A stretch of DNA of 46,051 nt from an uncultured Syntrophomonas sp. (GTDB taxonomy: Bacteria > Bacillota > Syntrophomonadia > Syntrophomonadales > Syntrophomonadaceae), in contig CAYRCG010000001.1 in NCBI GenBank assembly GCA_964422685.1, positions 1-46,051 of the forward strand. Direction: 5' to 3'. Positions within the stretch are counted from its first letter, which is position 1. Each line of letters opens with the position of its first letter. Of this stretch, positions 19,366 through 29,088 are shown one piece after another. Below the pieces are notes generated by a model. The model made no database searches, had not been told where the DNA came from, and saw nothing but the letters and a program-made list of their open reading frames with translations. The translations under genes were made by a program, and so were the position numbers.

Positions 19366-20715
19366 CTATAGTATTTTGCAGGTTTTGGTCCATATGCGCA
19401 TCTTTTGCGCCTCTTTTACCAGTTCATCCCTGAAGTCCGGATGGGCTATGTTAATTAGAGCTTCCGCCCTTTCCCATGTAGTTTTAGCTTTGAGGTTAAC
19501 CGTGCCATACTCGGTGGTAACCAGATATACGCAAGAACGGGGAACAGTCACAATGGTACCTGGGCTTAAGGTAGGCCTAATGCGGGAAACGCGACTGCCG
19601 TCTTTGAGGGTGGTAGTTGAACTTAAGCAAATAAAGCCCTTACCGCCCTTAGACCTATAGGAACCGAGTATAAAGTCAAACTGCCCGCCGGTTCCGGAAA
19701 TATGTCTCCAACCAGCGGATTCAGAGGCTACCTGTCCAAAGAGGTCTACTTCTAGAGCGTTGTTAATTGCTGCCACCTTATCGTTTAACCCGACAACAGC
19801 GGGGTCATTAGTATATCCTACCGGATAACTGGCGATAGCCGAGTTACGATCCATAAAATCATAAAGCCTGTCGCTACCCATGGCAAAGGTATAAACCATT
19901 TTCCCTTTGTCAATATTTTTGCGTTTATTATTCAACCTGCCGGCTTCGTACATGTCCACATAAGCGTCGACTAACATCTCGGTGTGCGCCCCTAGATCTT
20001 TTAAGTCGGATTGCGCAATCATCGAGCCCACAGTATTGGGCATAGCTCCAATACCTAACTGAATGCATGCACCGTCCTCCAATTCTTCTAATACTAAAGA
20101 GGCGATTTTGCGATCAACGTCGGTAACCGGGAGTTCGGGCAGGCTTAATAGTTTGGGATTTGTCTGGCTTTCGACAACATAATCGATATCAGAGATATGA
20201 ACTGCTTCCTTAGAACCACCATAACATACGGGAGTGGAGGTATTTACTTCGACGATTTTTATTTTGGCTTTATTAATCACATAAGAGGAGATGGAATTGG
20301 AGGTGCCTAAGTTAAAAAAGCCATGTTTGTCCATAGGTGCCACAGGGATAAAAGCTACATCTATATCAGTGAATTGTTCCACAAATTTTCCGGCTTCATG
20401 ATAAGTCAGGGGAATATAGTTGCAAAGATCCTTCATTGCCAATTGGCGGGAACCGCCGGAGAAGTGCCAATCATTGTAAATAAAATGTTCCCTTTCCGGG
20501 TCACATTTAATTATTTCCGGCATAAAAGTCGCTGTTACTACTCTGACCTTTACATCCTTGAGTTCGTCCTTGCGCCGGGCCAGGGCTGCATCAAGATCCT
20601 TGGCCTGCATCATAAACTCGCCATATTCTACCCAATCACCTGATTTTACCACCTTAACTGCCTCATCGGCAGTGCGTAGTTTCTCTTTATATTCGTCCGA
20701 ATATGTTTTTCCCAA
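19366..20715 (-). CDS. Acyl-CoA:acetate CoA-transferase (butyryl-CoA / 4-hydroxybutyrate CoA transferase type)
   Basis: QLGIG, HTEM (catalytic Glu), SGTGGQFDF, TEYG and IAHPDFR motifs. Confidence 0.9.
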   Translation of the reverse strand: MGKTYSDEYKEKLRTADEAVKVVKSGDWVEYGEFMMQAKDLDAALARRKDELKDVKVRVVTATFMPEIIKCDPEREHFIYNDWHFSGGSRQLAMKDLCNYIPLTYHEAGKFVEQFTDIDVAFIPVAPMDKHGFFNLGTSNSISSYVINKAKIKIVEVNTSTPVCYGGSKEAVHISDIDYVVESQTNPKLLSLPELPVTDVDRKIASLVLEELEDGACIQLGIGAMPNTVGSMIAQSDLKDLGAHTEMLVDAYVDMYEAGRLNNKRKNIDKGKMVYTFAMGSDRLYDFMDRNSAIASYPVGYTNDPAVVGLNDKVAAINNALEVDLFGQVASESAGWRHISGTGGQFDFILGSYRSKGGKGFICLSSTTTLKDGSRVSRIRPTLSPGTIVTVPRSCVYLVTTEYGTVNLKAKTTWERAEALINIAHPDFRDELVKEAQKMRIWTKTCKIL

Positions 20716-21170
20716 TGAAATTTACCCCCTTATATTTTTCTCTTCTTTTAGTAGTGATTCATTTCCACATAATTGATATACGCAAATAAGCAGGTACCAC
20801 CCCCCTAAAGTATTATTTTAGCCAAGATGTTGATAAAGCACCTAGAAGGTTTTTTGTTGCAGGTGGTTTTTCGAATGCTACTGTTTATGCTAGGTGCTAT
20901 TAATTATGCCATTGATTCTATCATTTGAAAAGTCGATAAATTCAGTTAAATTAGAAAAACACTATAGTTCGGAACGCCGAATAGAAATGCGGTTTGAAAG
21001 TATATTTCGCTATAATATCCAAAAGTCCTTTAGAAAATTATGTTAAATACATGGCTGATAAAAGCGTCTGCCTTATCATGTTCAATGGACCATATTGTTA
21101 CTAAAGATGATGGATAAGCTTGCATATATAAATAGACTAAAATACAATATACAGGGAAGGAGATGGGTTA

Positions 21171-21350
21171 TTGCAGCAGGATAAAGATAAACTAGACATT
21201 ATCGCTTGCAAGGCTTTTTCCGCTAACCCGGAATTAATTCAGTTAGTGGATTTTTTGAACAAAAGCCTGAAAGGAAAAAAGATAATGTTCGGCTTAAGTA
21301 AGAACAAAGAAAAAGGGCAGATGCTTATAAGTGTTTATGAATATGAATAG
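21171..21350 (+). CDS. ypmA: YpmA (DUF4264) family protein, 59 aa
   Basis: Translation MQQDKDKLDIIACKAFSANPELIQLVDFLNKSLKGKKIMFGLSK...ISVYEYE has the YpmA core VDxLNxxLK...MFGL; AAGGAG RBS before TTG. Below the ORF-track cutoff. Confidence 0.8.
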   Translation: MQQDKDKLDIIACKAFSANPELIQLVDFLNKSLKGKKIMFGLSKNKEKGQMLISVYEYE

Positions 21351-21368
21351 CTTTGGGGTGGGTGAAAA

Positions 21369-21914
21369 TTGAGTAAAGAATTTCGCGACCTTATTAAAGA
21401 AACCATCAGCATAATTGTTATCGCTTTTATTTTATCGTTGATCCTTAGAGCCTTAGTAATAGAGGGAAGAGAAATACCTTCGGGTTCCATGTTAGAAACC
21501 TTGCAGATCGGCGATCGGGTTATGGTAAACAAATTTATCTATCGTTTTAAGGAGCCGGTTAGGGGTGATGTCGTGATTTTCGATCCTCCGGAGGAACTGA
21601 ATTCCAGCAAGTATTTTATTAAAAGAGTTATAGGGTTACCCGGGGAAAGGGTGGAGGTAAAAGAAGGTCGAGTATTTATTAATGAAAAACCGTTACATGA
21701 ACCTTACTTGCCGGAAGAAATTAGCTATCAATTTGGACCGGTGGAGGTCCCTGCTGACGCTCTGCTGGTTCTAGGAGATAACCGCAACGCCAGCTTCGAC
21801 AGTCATATGTGGAATACCTGGCTAACCCGCGACCGTATCAAAGGCAAGGCTTTTATGATATATTGGCCTATCGCTAACTATAGCCTATTAGAGCGGGGGG
21901 TTTCTTTTGAATGA
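21369..21914 (+). CDS. lepB: Signal peptidase I
   Basis: SGSM.TL, IKRVIGLPG and GDNRNASFDS motifs. Confidence 0.95.
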   Translation: MSKEFRDLIKETISIIVIAFILSLILRALVIEGREIPSGSMLETLQIGDRVMVNKFIYRFKEPVRGDVVIFDPPEELNSSKYFIKRVIGLPGERVEVKEGRVFINEKPLHEPYLPEEISYQFGPVEVPADALLVLGDNRNASFDSHMWNTWLTRDRIKGKAFMIYWPIANYSLLERGVSFE

Positions 21915-22705
21915 GGATTCTTCTTACCAATGATGATGGAATACAAGCACGGGGGATTCAGGTTCTAGTAAATGAACTAGGTTCAATTGCAGAACTATAT
22001 GTAGCTGCCCCGGACCGGGAAAGAAGTGGAACCGGACATTCTATAACCGTTTTTGACCCTATCAAGGTAGTAAAGGCTAAATTGGCGGGGATAAAAACCG
22101 GTTGGGTAATTGGCGGTACTCCGGTGGATTGCATAAAATTAGCCAGCAGTAGGTTGGTAAAGGATAGTATTGATTTGATAATATCCGGGATTAACCACGG
22201 ACCAAATCTAGGTACAGATGTTCTATATTCGGGAACAGTATCGGCAGCGGTCGAAGGTGTAATTATGGGCTCTCCATCTATTGCTGTATCATTGGATTCC
22301 TTTGCACCGGACGCAGATTTCACTTTTGCAGCTAAGTTCACTCGTCGGGTTATCCAGGGGTTATTTAAGAATGGTATGGATAAGAAAACCTTGCTGAACA
22401 TAAATATCCCCCACCATTGTCCGCAGGATATAAAAGGCATTAGGATTACCCGCTTGGGGATTAGAAATTACGAAAACCTTTTTGAGGAAAGACGGGATCC
22501 ACGCGGCAACACTTACTTTTGGATGGGTGGTGGGGTCTTAGAGGAACCCCAGGAGGATGATAGTGATGTAAATGCCATCAAGCATTCATACATAAGCATT
22601 ACCCCGATACACTTTGATTTGACTGATTATCAATTGATAGAGCAATATCGGAAATCATTCGCAGGATTTTCGGACCTATTGGGAGAGACGGATGACCTTT
22701 TTTAG
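21911..22705 (+). CDS. surE: 5'/3'-nucleotidase SurE
   Basis: LLTNDDG, GTPVDC, SGINHG.N and YSGTV motifs; ATGA overlap with lepB. Confidence 0.95.
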   Translation: MRILLTNDDGIQARGIQVLVNELGSIAELYVAAPDRERSGTGHSITVFDPIKVVKAKLAGIKTGWVIGGTPVDCIKLASSRLVKDSIDLIISGINHGPNLGTDVLYSGTVSAAVEGVIMGSPSIAVSLDSFAPDADFTFAAKFTRRVIQGLFKNGMDKKTLLNINIPHHCPQDIKGIRITRLGIRNYENLFEERRDPRGNTYFWMGGGVLEEPQEDDSDVNAIKHSYISITPIHFDLTDYQLIEQYRKSFAGFSDLLGETDDLF

Positions 22706-22949
22706 CCTGATTATCAATACTGCTATTTTCTTTGTGGTACTTAATTTCTCCTATATTAAAAATAAAAGGGAAAACCCGGCATATCCGGATAAACCCGTAA
22801 GCCAATTAATCCTTTTTCCCCTGGCCTTAGGGGTGACATTTACCCTTATAGTGGATGTTTTTCGAGGATTCATGCTTTATCAATTATTCATATTTTTGCT
22901 TGCCGCCCTATTGCTCTATTGGATTTTCTATGTACTTAAGAAAAGCTAG
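22692..22949 (+). CDS. Hypothetical 3-TM membrane protein
   Basis: 85-aa hydrophobic ORF overlapping the surE end, with a GGGAG RBS. Confidence 0.7.
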   Translation: MTFFSLIINTAIFFVVLNFSYIKNKRENPAYPDKPVSQLILFPLALGVTFTLIVDVFRGFMLYQLFIFLLAALLLYWIFYVLKKS

Positions 22950-23032
22950 GTTTTCGGCAAAAAGCTTTGATAGTTTTATTAAAGTATAGTACCATTTTTA
23001 CAGTTGACTTTAATTTATGAGGAGGTTGTTTA

Positions 23033-25075
23033 ATGAAGGTTTACCCCAGTAGCAAAATTCGCAATATTGCTTTGGTAGGTCACGGAGGAACAGGAAAAAC
23101 CTCATTGGCGGAAGCAATGATTTATAATACAGGGGCTACCAAAAGGCTAGGCAAGGTTGATGATGGCAATACTGTAGCGGATTTTTACCCGGAGGAAATT
23201 AAAAAGAAAATAACCATTAGCACAGCCTTAGTTCCCTGTGAATACAAAGAGCATAAATTAAACATTCTAGATACACCGGGATATAGCGACTTCTATTTTG
23301 AGGTAGCTGGTACAATGCGGGTAGCAGATTCCATGCTGATGGTTCTATCCGCTACCGCGGGCGTAGAAGTACAAACTGAAGTATTATGGGAAGATTATCC
23401 CGCGGTTCCCAAGGTAGTCTTTATAAATAAAATGGATAGAGAGAATGCGGATTTTTACAAAGTACTAGATGATATGAAAAAAAGCTTTCCCGACCACATT
23501 GTCCCGGTGCAGATACCCATAGGGGCAGCCGAGAGTTTTAAAGGGGTAATAGATCTACTGCAAATGAAAGCATTGGTTTTTGAGGACGGGAGCGGGGAGA
23601 TCAGCGAAGCGGAAATTCCTGCCGATATGCTAGAAGTAGTGGAAACTTACAAAGAAACATTAATAGAGGCGGCGGCAGAGGCTAATGATGATCTACTCGG
23701 AAAATATCTCGAGGGAGAGGAGCTCAGTGATACAGAAATCATAGAAGGAATTAAAGAAGCGGCGGAAAATGGTTCTGCAGTATTCGTCTTCTGCGGTTCG
23801 GCTTTAAATAATATAGGCATAACTCCATTGATGGATTTCTTAATAAACTGTGCGGCTACTCCGGATAAGAATCCCCTAGTGCAGGGTAAAGACACGGAAA
23901 ATGGGGCTATTCTGGCCCAAGTTTTTAAGACAATTGCAGACCCCTATATAGGTAGACTAACCATGTTTCGTTTGTTCACCGGAGAAATGAAGGGTGATTC
24001 AGTAATATACAATGCCAATAAAGAAAAAGAGGAAAAAATAGCCCAATTATTAATCATGAGCGGGAAAGAACAGGCTTCGGTTCCGGAAATTTATGCCGGT
24101 GATATCGCTGCCGTGGCTAAACTATCGGTTACTTCGACCGGGGATAGCCTTACTTCCAAAGCCCAAGCAGTTATTATGGACCCCATCGAGTTCCCCGAAC
24201 CTACTTTAGGGATAGCTATTGAACCCCGCAGTAAAGGGGATGAGGACAAGCTCAGCGGGGCGTTACAACGACTCCTAGAGGAGGACCCGACTATCGTGGT
24301 AGAAAAGAATGTTGAAACCCGACAAACCATCTTAAAAGCTATGGGTGACACGCATATAGATATAGTCATTGAGAAACTATCCCGTAAATTTGGAGTGGAT
24401 GTGATTAGCCGGGAAATGAAAATACCTTATCGGGAAACCATTAAGGCCTCAGTGGATGCCGAAGGTAAACATAAAAAGCAAAGCGGTGGTCATGGGCAGT
24501 ATGGTCATGTATTCGTAAAATTCGAACCTCATTACGAGGGGGAGTTCGAATTTGCCGAAAATGTCTTTGGGGGATCAGTTCCGCGCCAATATTTCCCCGC
24601 GGTGGAAAAGGGATTAATCGAGGCTATGGAGGAAGGTGTACTGGCAGGTTATCCGGTAACCAACATTAAAGCGACTTTGTTTGATGGTTCTTATCATTCG
24701 GTAGATTCATCGGAAATGGCTTTTAAAATGGCCGCCCGACTTGCTTTTAGAAAAGGTGTCGAATCAGCTAAACCGGTTTTGTTAGAACCCATTATGAATG
24801 TGCAAATAGAAGTTCCGGAGACATACATGGGTGATATAATAGGTGATTTAAATAGCCGCAGAGGTAGGGTACAGGGAATGGAACCGGCAGGAAAAAAACA
24901 GCTTATCAAGGCGCAGGTTCCCCTTGCAGAAATGGCACGCTATACCATTGATTTAAAATCAATGACCCAAGGGCGGGGGAAATTCAAAATGGAGTTTTCC
25001 AATTATGAAGAGGTTCCGGGACAAAATGCAGAAAAGATAATAGAAAAAGCCAGACAAGAAAGAGAAGAAAAGTAA
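23033..25075 (+). CDS. Elongation factor G paralog (EF-G2 type)
   Basis: Full EF-G architecture (NKMD, YRETI, KQSGGHGQYG, DGSYHSVDSS, LLEP) with variant G motifs GHGGTGKT, KKITI and DTPGY; not in an rpsL-rpsG-fusA-tuf context. Confidence 0.92.
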   Translation: MKVYPSSKIRNIALVGHGGTGKTSLAEAMIYNTGATKRLGKVDDGNTVADFYPEEIKKKITISTALVPCEYKEHKLNILDTPGYSDFYFEVAGTMRVADSMLMVLSATAGVEVQTEVLWEDYPAVPKVVFINKMDRENADFYKVLDDMKKSFPDHIVPVQIPIGAAESFKGVIDLLQMKALVFEDGSGEISEAEIPADMLEVVETYKETLIEAAAEANDDLLGKYLEGEELSDTEIIEGIKEAAENGSAVFVFCGSALNNIGITPLMDFLINCAATPDKNPLVQGKDTENGAILAQVFKTIADPYIGRLTMFRLFTGEMKGDSVIYNANKEKEEKIAQLLIMSGKEQASVPEIYAGDIAAVAKLSVTSTGDSLTSKAQAVIMDPIEFPEPTLGIAIEPRSKGDEDKLSGALQRLLEEDPTIVVEKNVETRQTILKAMGDTHIDIVIEKLSRKFGVDVISREMKIPYRETIKASVDAEGKHKKQSGGHGQYGHVFVKFEPHYEGEFEFAENVFGGSVPRQYFPAVEKGLIEAMEEGVLAGYPVTNIKATLFDGSYHSVDSSEMAFKMAARLAFRKGVESAKPVLLEPIMNVQIEVPETYMGDIIGDLNSRRGRVQGMEPAGKKQLIKAQVPLAEMARYTIDLKSMTQGRGKFKMEFSNYEEVPGQNAEKIIEKARQEREEK

Positions 25076-25097
25076 AAATAGTAGAATATCATTCAAT

Positions 25098-25126
25098 GGG
25101 GGGCCTTTGCGGTCCCCTTGTCTTTA
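25098..25126 (+). terminator. Putative terminator after the EF-G paralog
   Basis: GGGGGCC-tttgc-GGTCCCC followed by TTGTCTTT. Confidence 0.6.
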
Positions 25127-25189
25127 TTATACCGACTATGCAGCGGGAATAGTCCCCAGTGCACTGAAGGGTGGTTAATTTATAGTTCC

Positions 25190-26290
25190 ATGCATAATAC
25201 AATCTATAAGTTGACGGAACAATTACATGGCATTATATCGCAACCCTTGCTACAGAATATTATAATGGCTACTTTACTGTTTGCATTATTCTGGCTTTTG
25301 GCTAAATTATTCTACCGCAAGGTTCTGGTATGGTTGTTGCATATTAGTCGTAAAAGTGAGACCGAGTGGGATGATAGGATCATAATAGCATTAGGACTCC
25401 CTTTTTATGCCCTTATCATCTTAATCGGTCTATACTTTGCTTTAGGTACTATATTTAATAATACAACATATGAAATATCCCTGCTTAAATTCTTCCGTAC
25501 CGGGCTTATAACCATCTTTGGTTGGGCCCTATATCGGCTTTCCACTACCACTATGTCTATTCTATCCCAAGATGCCAAATCTAAAGACAGGCGGAAAGTT
25601 GATAGCGTTTTAGCAGCTTTATTATCCAAGGCTGCGCATTTTCTGATTATCGCTTTGGTTATTATAATAATTGCGGGTGAGTGGGGCTTTGATGTAAACG
25701 GATTTATAGCCGGTTTAGGTTTAGGTGGATTAGCCTTGGCCTTGGCGGCCAAGGATATGCTGGCAAACCTTTTTGGCGGGGTTGTAATCCTGCTGGAAAA
25801 ATCGTTCATTATAGGGGATTGGATATCAATTCCTGAGGTCGAAGGTACCGTTGAAAGTATCTCCTTTCGCAGCACAGGTATAAGAACTTTCGAGCAATCC
25901 CTAGTTACAGTCCCTAATTCTGTCTTGGCCACCCAAGCCGTCACGAACTACAGTCGCATGGGTAAAAGGAAAATAAGCTTTAGCTTAGGATTGCCTTATC
26001 AAACTAGTAAAAAGCAGATAGAAACAATAGTTCATAAAATTAGGCAAATGCTTAGGGGGCATCCAGCTATACATCCCGAAACAATTTTGGTCAATTTTGA
26101 TTCTTTTGGGGAAAGCGGTCTTAACATTTTCCTTTATTTTTTTACTAAAACGACTATATGGGCCGATTACCTTCTGGTCAAGGAAGAAATAAATCTGAAT
26201 ATCATAGAAATACTGGAAGAGGAAGGCGTGGAAGTTCATTTGCCTAGCCGGAAATTATACCTACAAAGTTGTGGAGATGTAAAGATTTAG
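25190..26290 (+). CDS. MscS-family mechanosensitive channel
   Basis: GLGLGGLALALAAKD, F.IGDWI, GTVE.I.FRST and VPNS motifs. Start is uncertain; ATG 25190 chosen. Confidence 0.9.
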   Translation: MHNTIYKLTEQLHGIISQPLLQNIIMATLLFALFWLLAKLFYRKVLVWLLHISRKSETEWDDRIIIALGLPFYALIILIGLYFALGTIFNNTTYEISLLKFFRTGLITIFGWALYRLSTTTMSILSQDAKSKDRRKVDSVLAALLSKAAHFLIIALVIIIIAGEWGFDVNGFIAGLGLGGLALALAAKDMLANLFGGVVILLEKSFIIGDWISIPEVEGTVESISFRSTGIRTFEQSLVTVPNSVLATQAVTNYSRMGKRKISFSLGLPYQTSKKQIETIVHKIRQMLRGHPAIHPETILVNFDSFGESGLNIFLYFFTKTTIWADYLLVKEEINLNIIEILEEEGVEVHLPSRKLYLQSCGDVKI

Positions 26291-26330
26291 CTATATAAAC
26301 ATATGATTAGCGTAGCCGAACATAAACAAA

Positions 26331-26349
26331 AACCACGCTATAGCGTGGT
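26331..26349. terminator. Hairpin between convergent mscS and tRNA-Trp
   Basis: ACCACGCTA/TAGCGTGGT palindrome preceded by an A-run. Confidence 0.6.
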
Positions 26350-26362
26350 AAAGTTATCTGTA

Positions 26363-26438
26363 TGGCAGGGGAGAGAGGAATCGAACCCCCAGCCCTCGGT
26401 TTTGGAGACCGATGCTCTGCCAATTGAGCTACTCCCCT
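26363..26438 (-). tRNA. tRNA-Trp(CCA)
   Basis: Reverse complement AGGGGAGTAGCTCAATTGGCAGAGCATCGGT-CTCCAAA-ACCGA...GGTTCGATTCC...CTCCCCTGCCA, 76 nt with encoded CCA. Confidence 0.96.
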
Positions 26439-26459
26439 GTATTTTATAATGCAAGACAG

Positions 26460-26488
26460 ATTTTATCACAAATCCGAAAAGGTTTCAA
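26460..26488 (-). promoter_or_regulatory. Sigma-A promoter of tRNA-Trp
   Basis: Minus strand TTGAAA-N17-TAAAAT with extended TG. Confidence 0.75.
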
Positions 26489-26724
26489 TACTAGCCTTCT
26501 AATTATAAGAAGCTCAATTTATAAAAGATGGTATGATTCCGTCTATGCATTATAGGCGGAGGCTGCGATGTAAAAACAGCAATAAGGGTTTTCGTAGTAT
26601 AGGCAAGATTATATTCTGAATTACGTAGGCTAAGCGTAAGCTAATAACATATAGGGGTTAGCCGTTCGACGCTTTCAACGTGTCCAACAAGCTTATATAA
26701 CTTATAACTAAGGGGTTGATAGTT

Positions 26725-27669
26725 ATGGAAAAAGTGCTGGTATTGATGGGAGGGACCTCCGAGGAAAGGGAAGTCTCCCTAAGAAGCGGTCAGGCAGTAT
26801 ATGAGGGACTAAAGGAAGCGGGCTATGAAGTTGAAGCCCTAGATTTTACATCGGAGAACATGGCGCGCATCAAGGAAAGCTGTCCAAATGTCGTATTTAT
26901 AACCTTACACGGTAAAAATGGTGAGGATGGTACAGTCCAGGGTTATCTTGAGCTTCTGGGAATACCTTATACCGGCTCTGGGGTTCTGGCCAGCGCAGTA
27001 TGTATGAATAAAGTGATGAGCAAGAAAATATTTGCTTTCGAAGGACTGCCGACAGCAGATTTCATAGTTATAAAAAAAAGTAGCTTTTATAAAAATGCAA
27101 ATGATATATCAGTTATAAAAGACCTTGGTTTGCCCGTGGTGATTAAACCGGCTACCCAAGGTTCAAGCGTCGGTACAACGATTGTTAAAGCGGCTAAAGA
27201 TATTCTGCCCGCCCTGGAATTAGCGTTTTCCTTGGATAAAGAAGTACTGGTGGAAAAATTCATTGCCGGAACTGAACTTACCGTAACCGTATTAGGCAAC
27301 GATAAACTCAAAACCTTGCCGGTAATTGAAATAGTACCGAAAAACGAATATTACGATTATGAATCTAAATACATCCCGGGAATGTCTGAACATATCATCC
27401 CCGCGAGAATCAGTGAGGAAGCAAGGGAATTAGTAGAAAGGATAAGCTGTAAGGCGTATGAGGCGGTAGGATGCCGAGGTTATGCTAGAGTTGATTTAAT
27501 ACTAGATCAGAAGGGTATCCCCTATGTTCTAGAGATAAATACCCTGCCGGGAATGACCGGAACTAGCTTAGTTCCTGATGCTGCCAGAGCAGAGGGTATC
27601 AATTTCCCCGATTTGCTTGACCTTTTTGTGAAAATGGCTTTGGGGACCGACTGCAATGAAGCGCGCTAG
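26725..27669 (+). CDS. ddl: D-alanine--D-alanine ligase
   Basis: [29 protein letters not shown] and EINTLPG motifs; ATG 26725 follows AAGGGG. Confidence 0.95.
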   Translation: MEKVLVLMGGTSEEREVSLRSGQAVYEGLKEAGYEVEALDFTSENMARIKESCPNVVFITLHGKNGEDGTVQGYLELLGIPYTGSGVLASAVCMNKVMSKKIFAFEGLPTADFIVIKKSSFYKNANDISVIKDLGLPVVIKPATQGSSVGTTIVKAAKDILPALELAFSLDKEVLVEKFIAGTELTVTVLGNDKLKTLPVIEIVPKNEYYDYESKYIPGMSEHIIPARISEEARELVERISCKAYEAVGCRGYARVDLILDQKGIPYVLEINTLPGMTGTSLVPDAARAEGINFPDLLDLFVKMALGTDCNEAR

Positions 27670-27818
27670 GAAAGGTGGGCGCCGCCCGTATTGAAAGGGT
27701 TGTATCGCAGCAGCGATCATGAGATAATCTCATGCTGTTTAATAAAAATGGGATGATTACCTCCCTTACAGTACAGTATCTGTTATAATTGTCCTTAGCA
27801 AAAGCAGGAGGATTGGTA

Positions 27819-28901
27819 ATGGATATTAGATTAGCCGAAATAAACGATAAGTTGGTTGCGGGTGAAAGATTAGATCGTGATGATGGTATTTACTTATATC
27901 GCAGTAATGATTTGTTAGCAATCGGAGAAATGGCTCGGGCTAAAAAACTATCTGTTTCCGGTCGCCGGGTTTATTTTAATGTGAATCGCCACATAAACTT
28001 AACGAATATATGTGTTTCACGTTGCCGGTTTTGTGCTTTCGGAGTCGATGAAGATGGTAATGCCAATCCTTATTTAATGAGCCCGGATGAAGCGTTTGCC
28101 TACGGTGCCGAAGCGGTCGATTACGGGATAACAGAATTCCATATAGTTAGCGCCATGCACCCCCGCATGAAATTAGACTATTATCTTGAGGTAGTCTCCC
28201 GCCTTCATGAAGCTTTCCCGGATATTCACATCCAAGCATTTACCGCAGTGGAGATATTTCATTTCGCTAAAATCAGCGGGCTGACAATCCGGGAAGTTTT
28301 GCAACAGCTCAAAGATGCGGGCTTAGGCTCCATTCCGGGTGGCGGTGCGGAAATTTTTAATGATGATATAAGGAATGAACTCTGCCCACGTAAGGCTAAT
28401 AGCGAAGAATGGCTAAATGTCCATCGCATCGCTCATGAGATGGGGATAAAGACTAATTGTACTATGCTTTTCGGTCATATAGAGACTATAGAAGATAGGA
28501 TAGAGCATTTTATAAGACTGCGCGATTTGCAAGATGAAAGCCCCGGCTTCCAGGCCTTCATCCCCCTGCCTTTTCTCCCAGAAAACACCAAGCTAAGCCA
28601 TTTAAGGAGGACCGGGGCGGTAGACGATTTGAAAACTATTGCCATTTCACGCTTAATGTTGGACAATATCGAACACATCAAAGCTTTTTGGATTATGCTT
28701 GGGCTCCCTATAGCCCAAATTGCTTTGGAATTTGGCGCCGATGATATCGATGGCACGGTAGTTGAGGAAAGGATTATGCATGCCGCCGGGGCTAGTACTG
28801 AAAAAGGGATTGGTAAGGAAGACTTAATACATTTAATCAAAGAATCTGGCTATATCCCGGTAGAGAGAGATACCTTATATAATATTATCAGGGAATTTTA
28901 G
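27819..28901 (+). CDS. mqnE: Aminofutalosine synthase (radical SAM, CofH/MqnE type)
   Basis: NRHINLTNICVSRCRFC, PGGGAEIF, HIKAFW and DDIDGTVVEERI.H.AG motifs; AGGAGG RBS before ATG 27819. Confidence 0.88.
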   Translation: MDIRLAEINDKLVAGERLDRDDGIYLYRSNDLLAIGEMARAKKLSVSGRRVYFNVNRHINLTNICVSRCRFCAFGVDEDGNANPYLMSPDEAFAYGAEAVDYGITEFHIVSAMHPRMKLDYYLEVVSRLHEAFPDIHIQAFTAVEIFHFAKISGLTIREVLQQLKDAGLGSIPGGGAEIFNDDIRNELCPRKANSEEWLNVHRIAHEMGIKTNCTMLFGHIETIEDRIEHFIRLRDLQDESPGFQAFIPLPFLPENTKLSHLRRTGAVDDLKTIAISRLMLDNIEHIKAFWIMLGLPIAQIALEFGADDIDGTVVEERIMHAAGASTEKGIGKEDLIHLIKESGYIPVERDTLYNIIREF

Positions 28902-29088
28902 CAGTTGGTTCCCTGACCGGCGTATACTAGGGGTTTTCCATCCCTTACGACCAATACCACACTTTCTGCAAAATATTGCCTAACATACAATGCAAATATT
29001 ACGTTAAAATAAAAGATTTGAGCGAAGACGAGGGCAGGAGGGGTCTGATACATGATCCTCGTCGATGTACTCGATAAAGGAGATTATT

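Noticed and set aside
20895-20911. Sigma-54-like promoter (TGGCATAATTAATAGCA, minus strand) upstream of the CoA transferase gene
   Set aside because: GG-to-GC spacing is 11 nt; sigma-54 requires 10.
26363-26438. tRNA genes as integration sites for an island or prophage
   Set aside because: No integrase, no duplicated tRNA 3' end seen, and housekeeping flanks. The 3' side of tRNA-Arg lies outside the window and cannot be assessed.
26725-27669. Possible Van-type D-Ala-D-Lac ligase
   Set aside because: The omega loop YDYESKY is D-Ala-D-Ala type, and there are no vanH/X/R/S neighbours.
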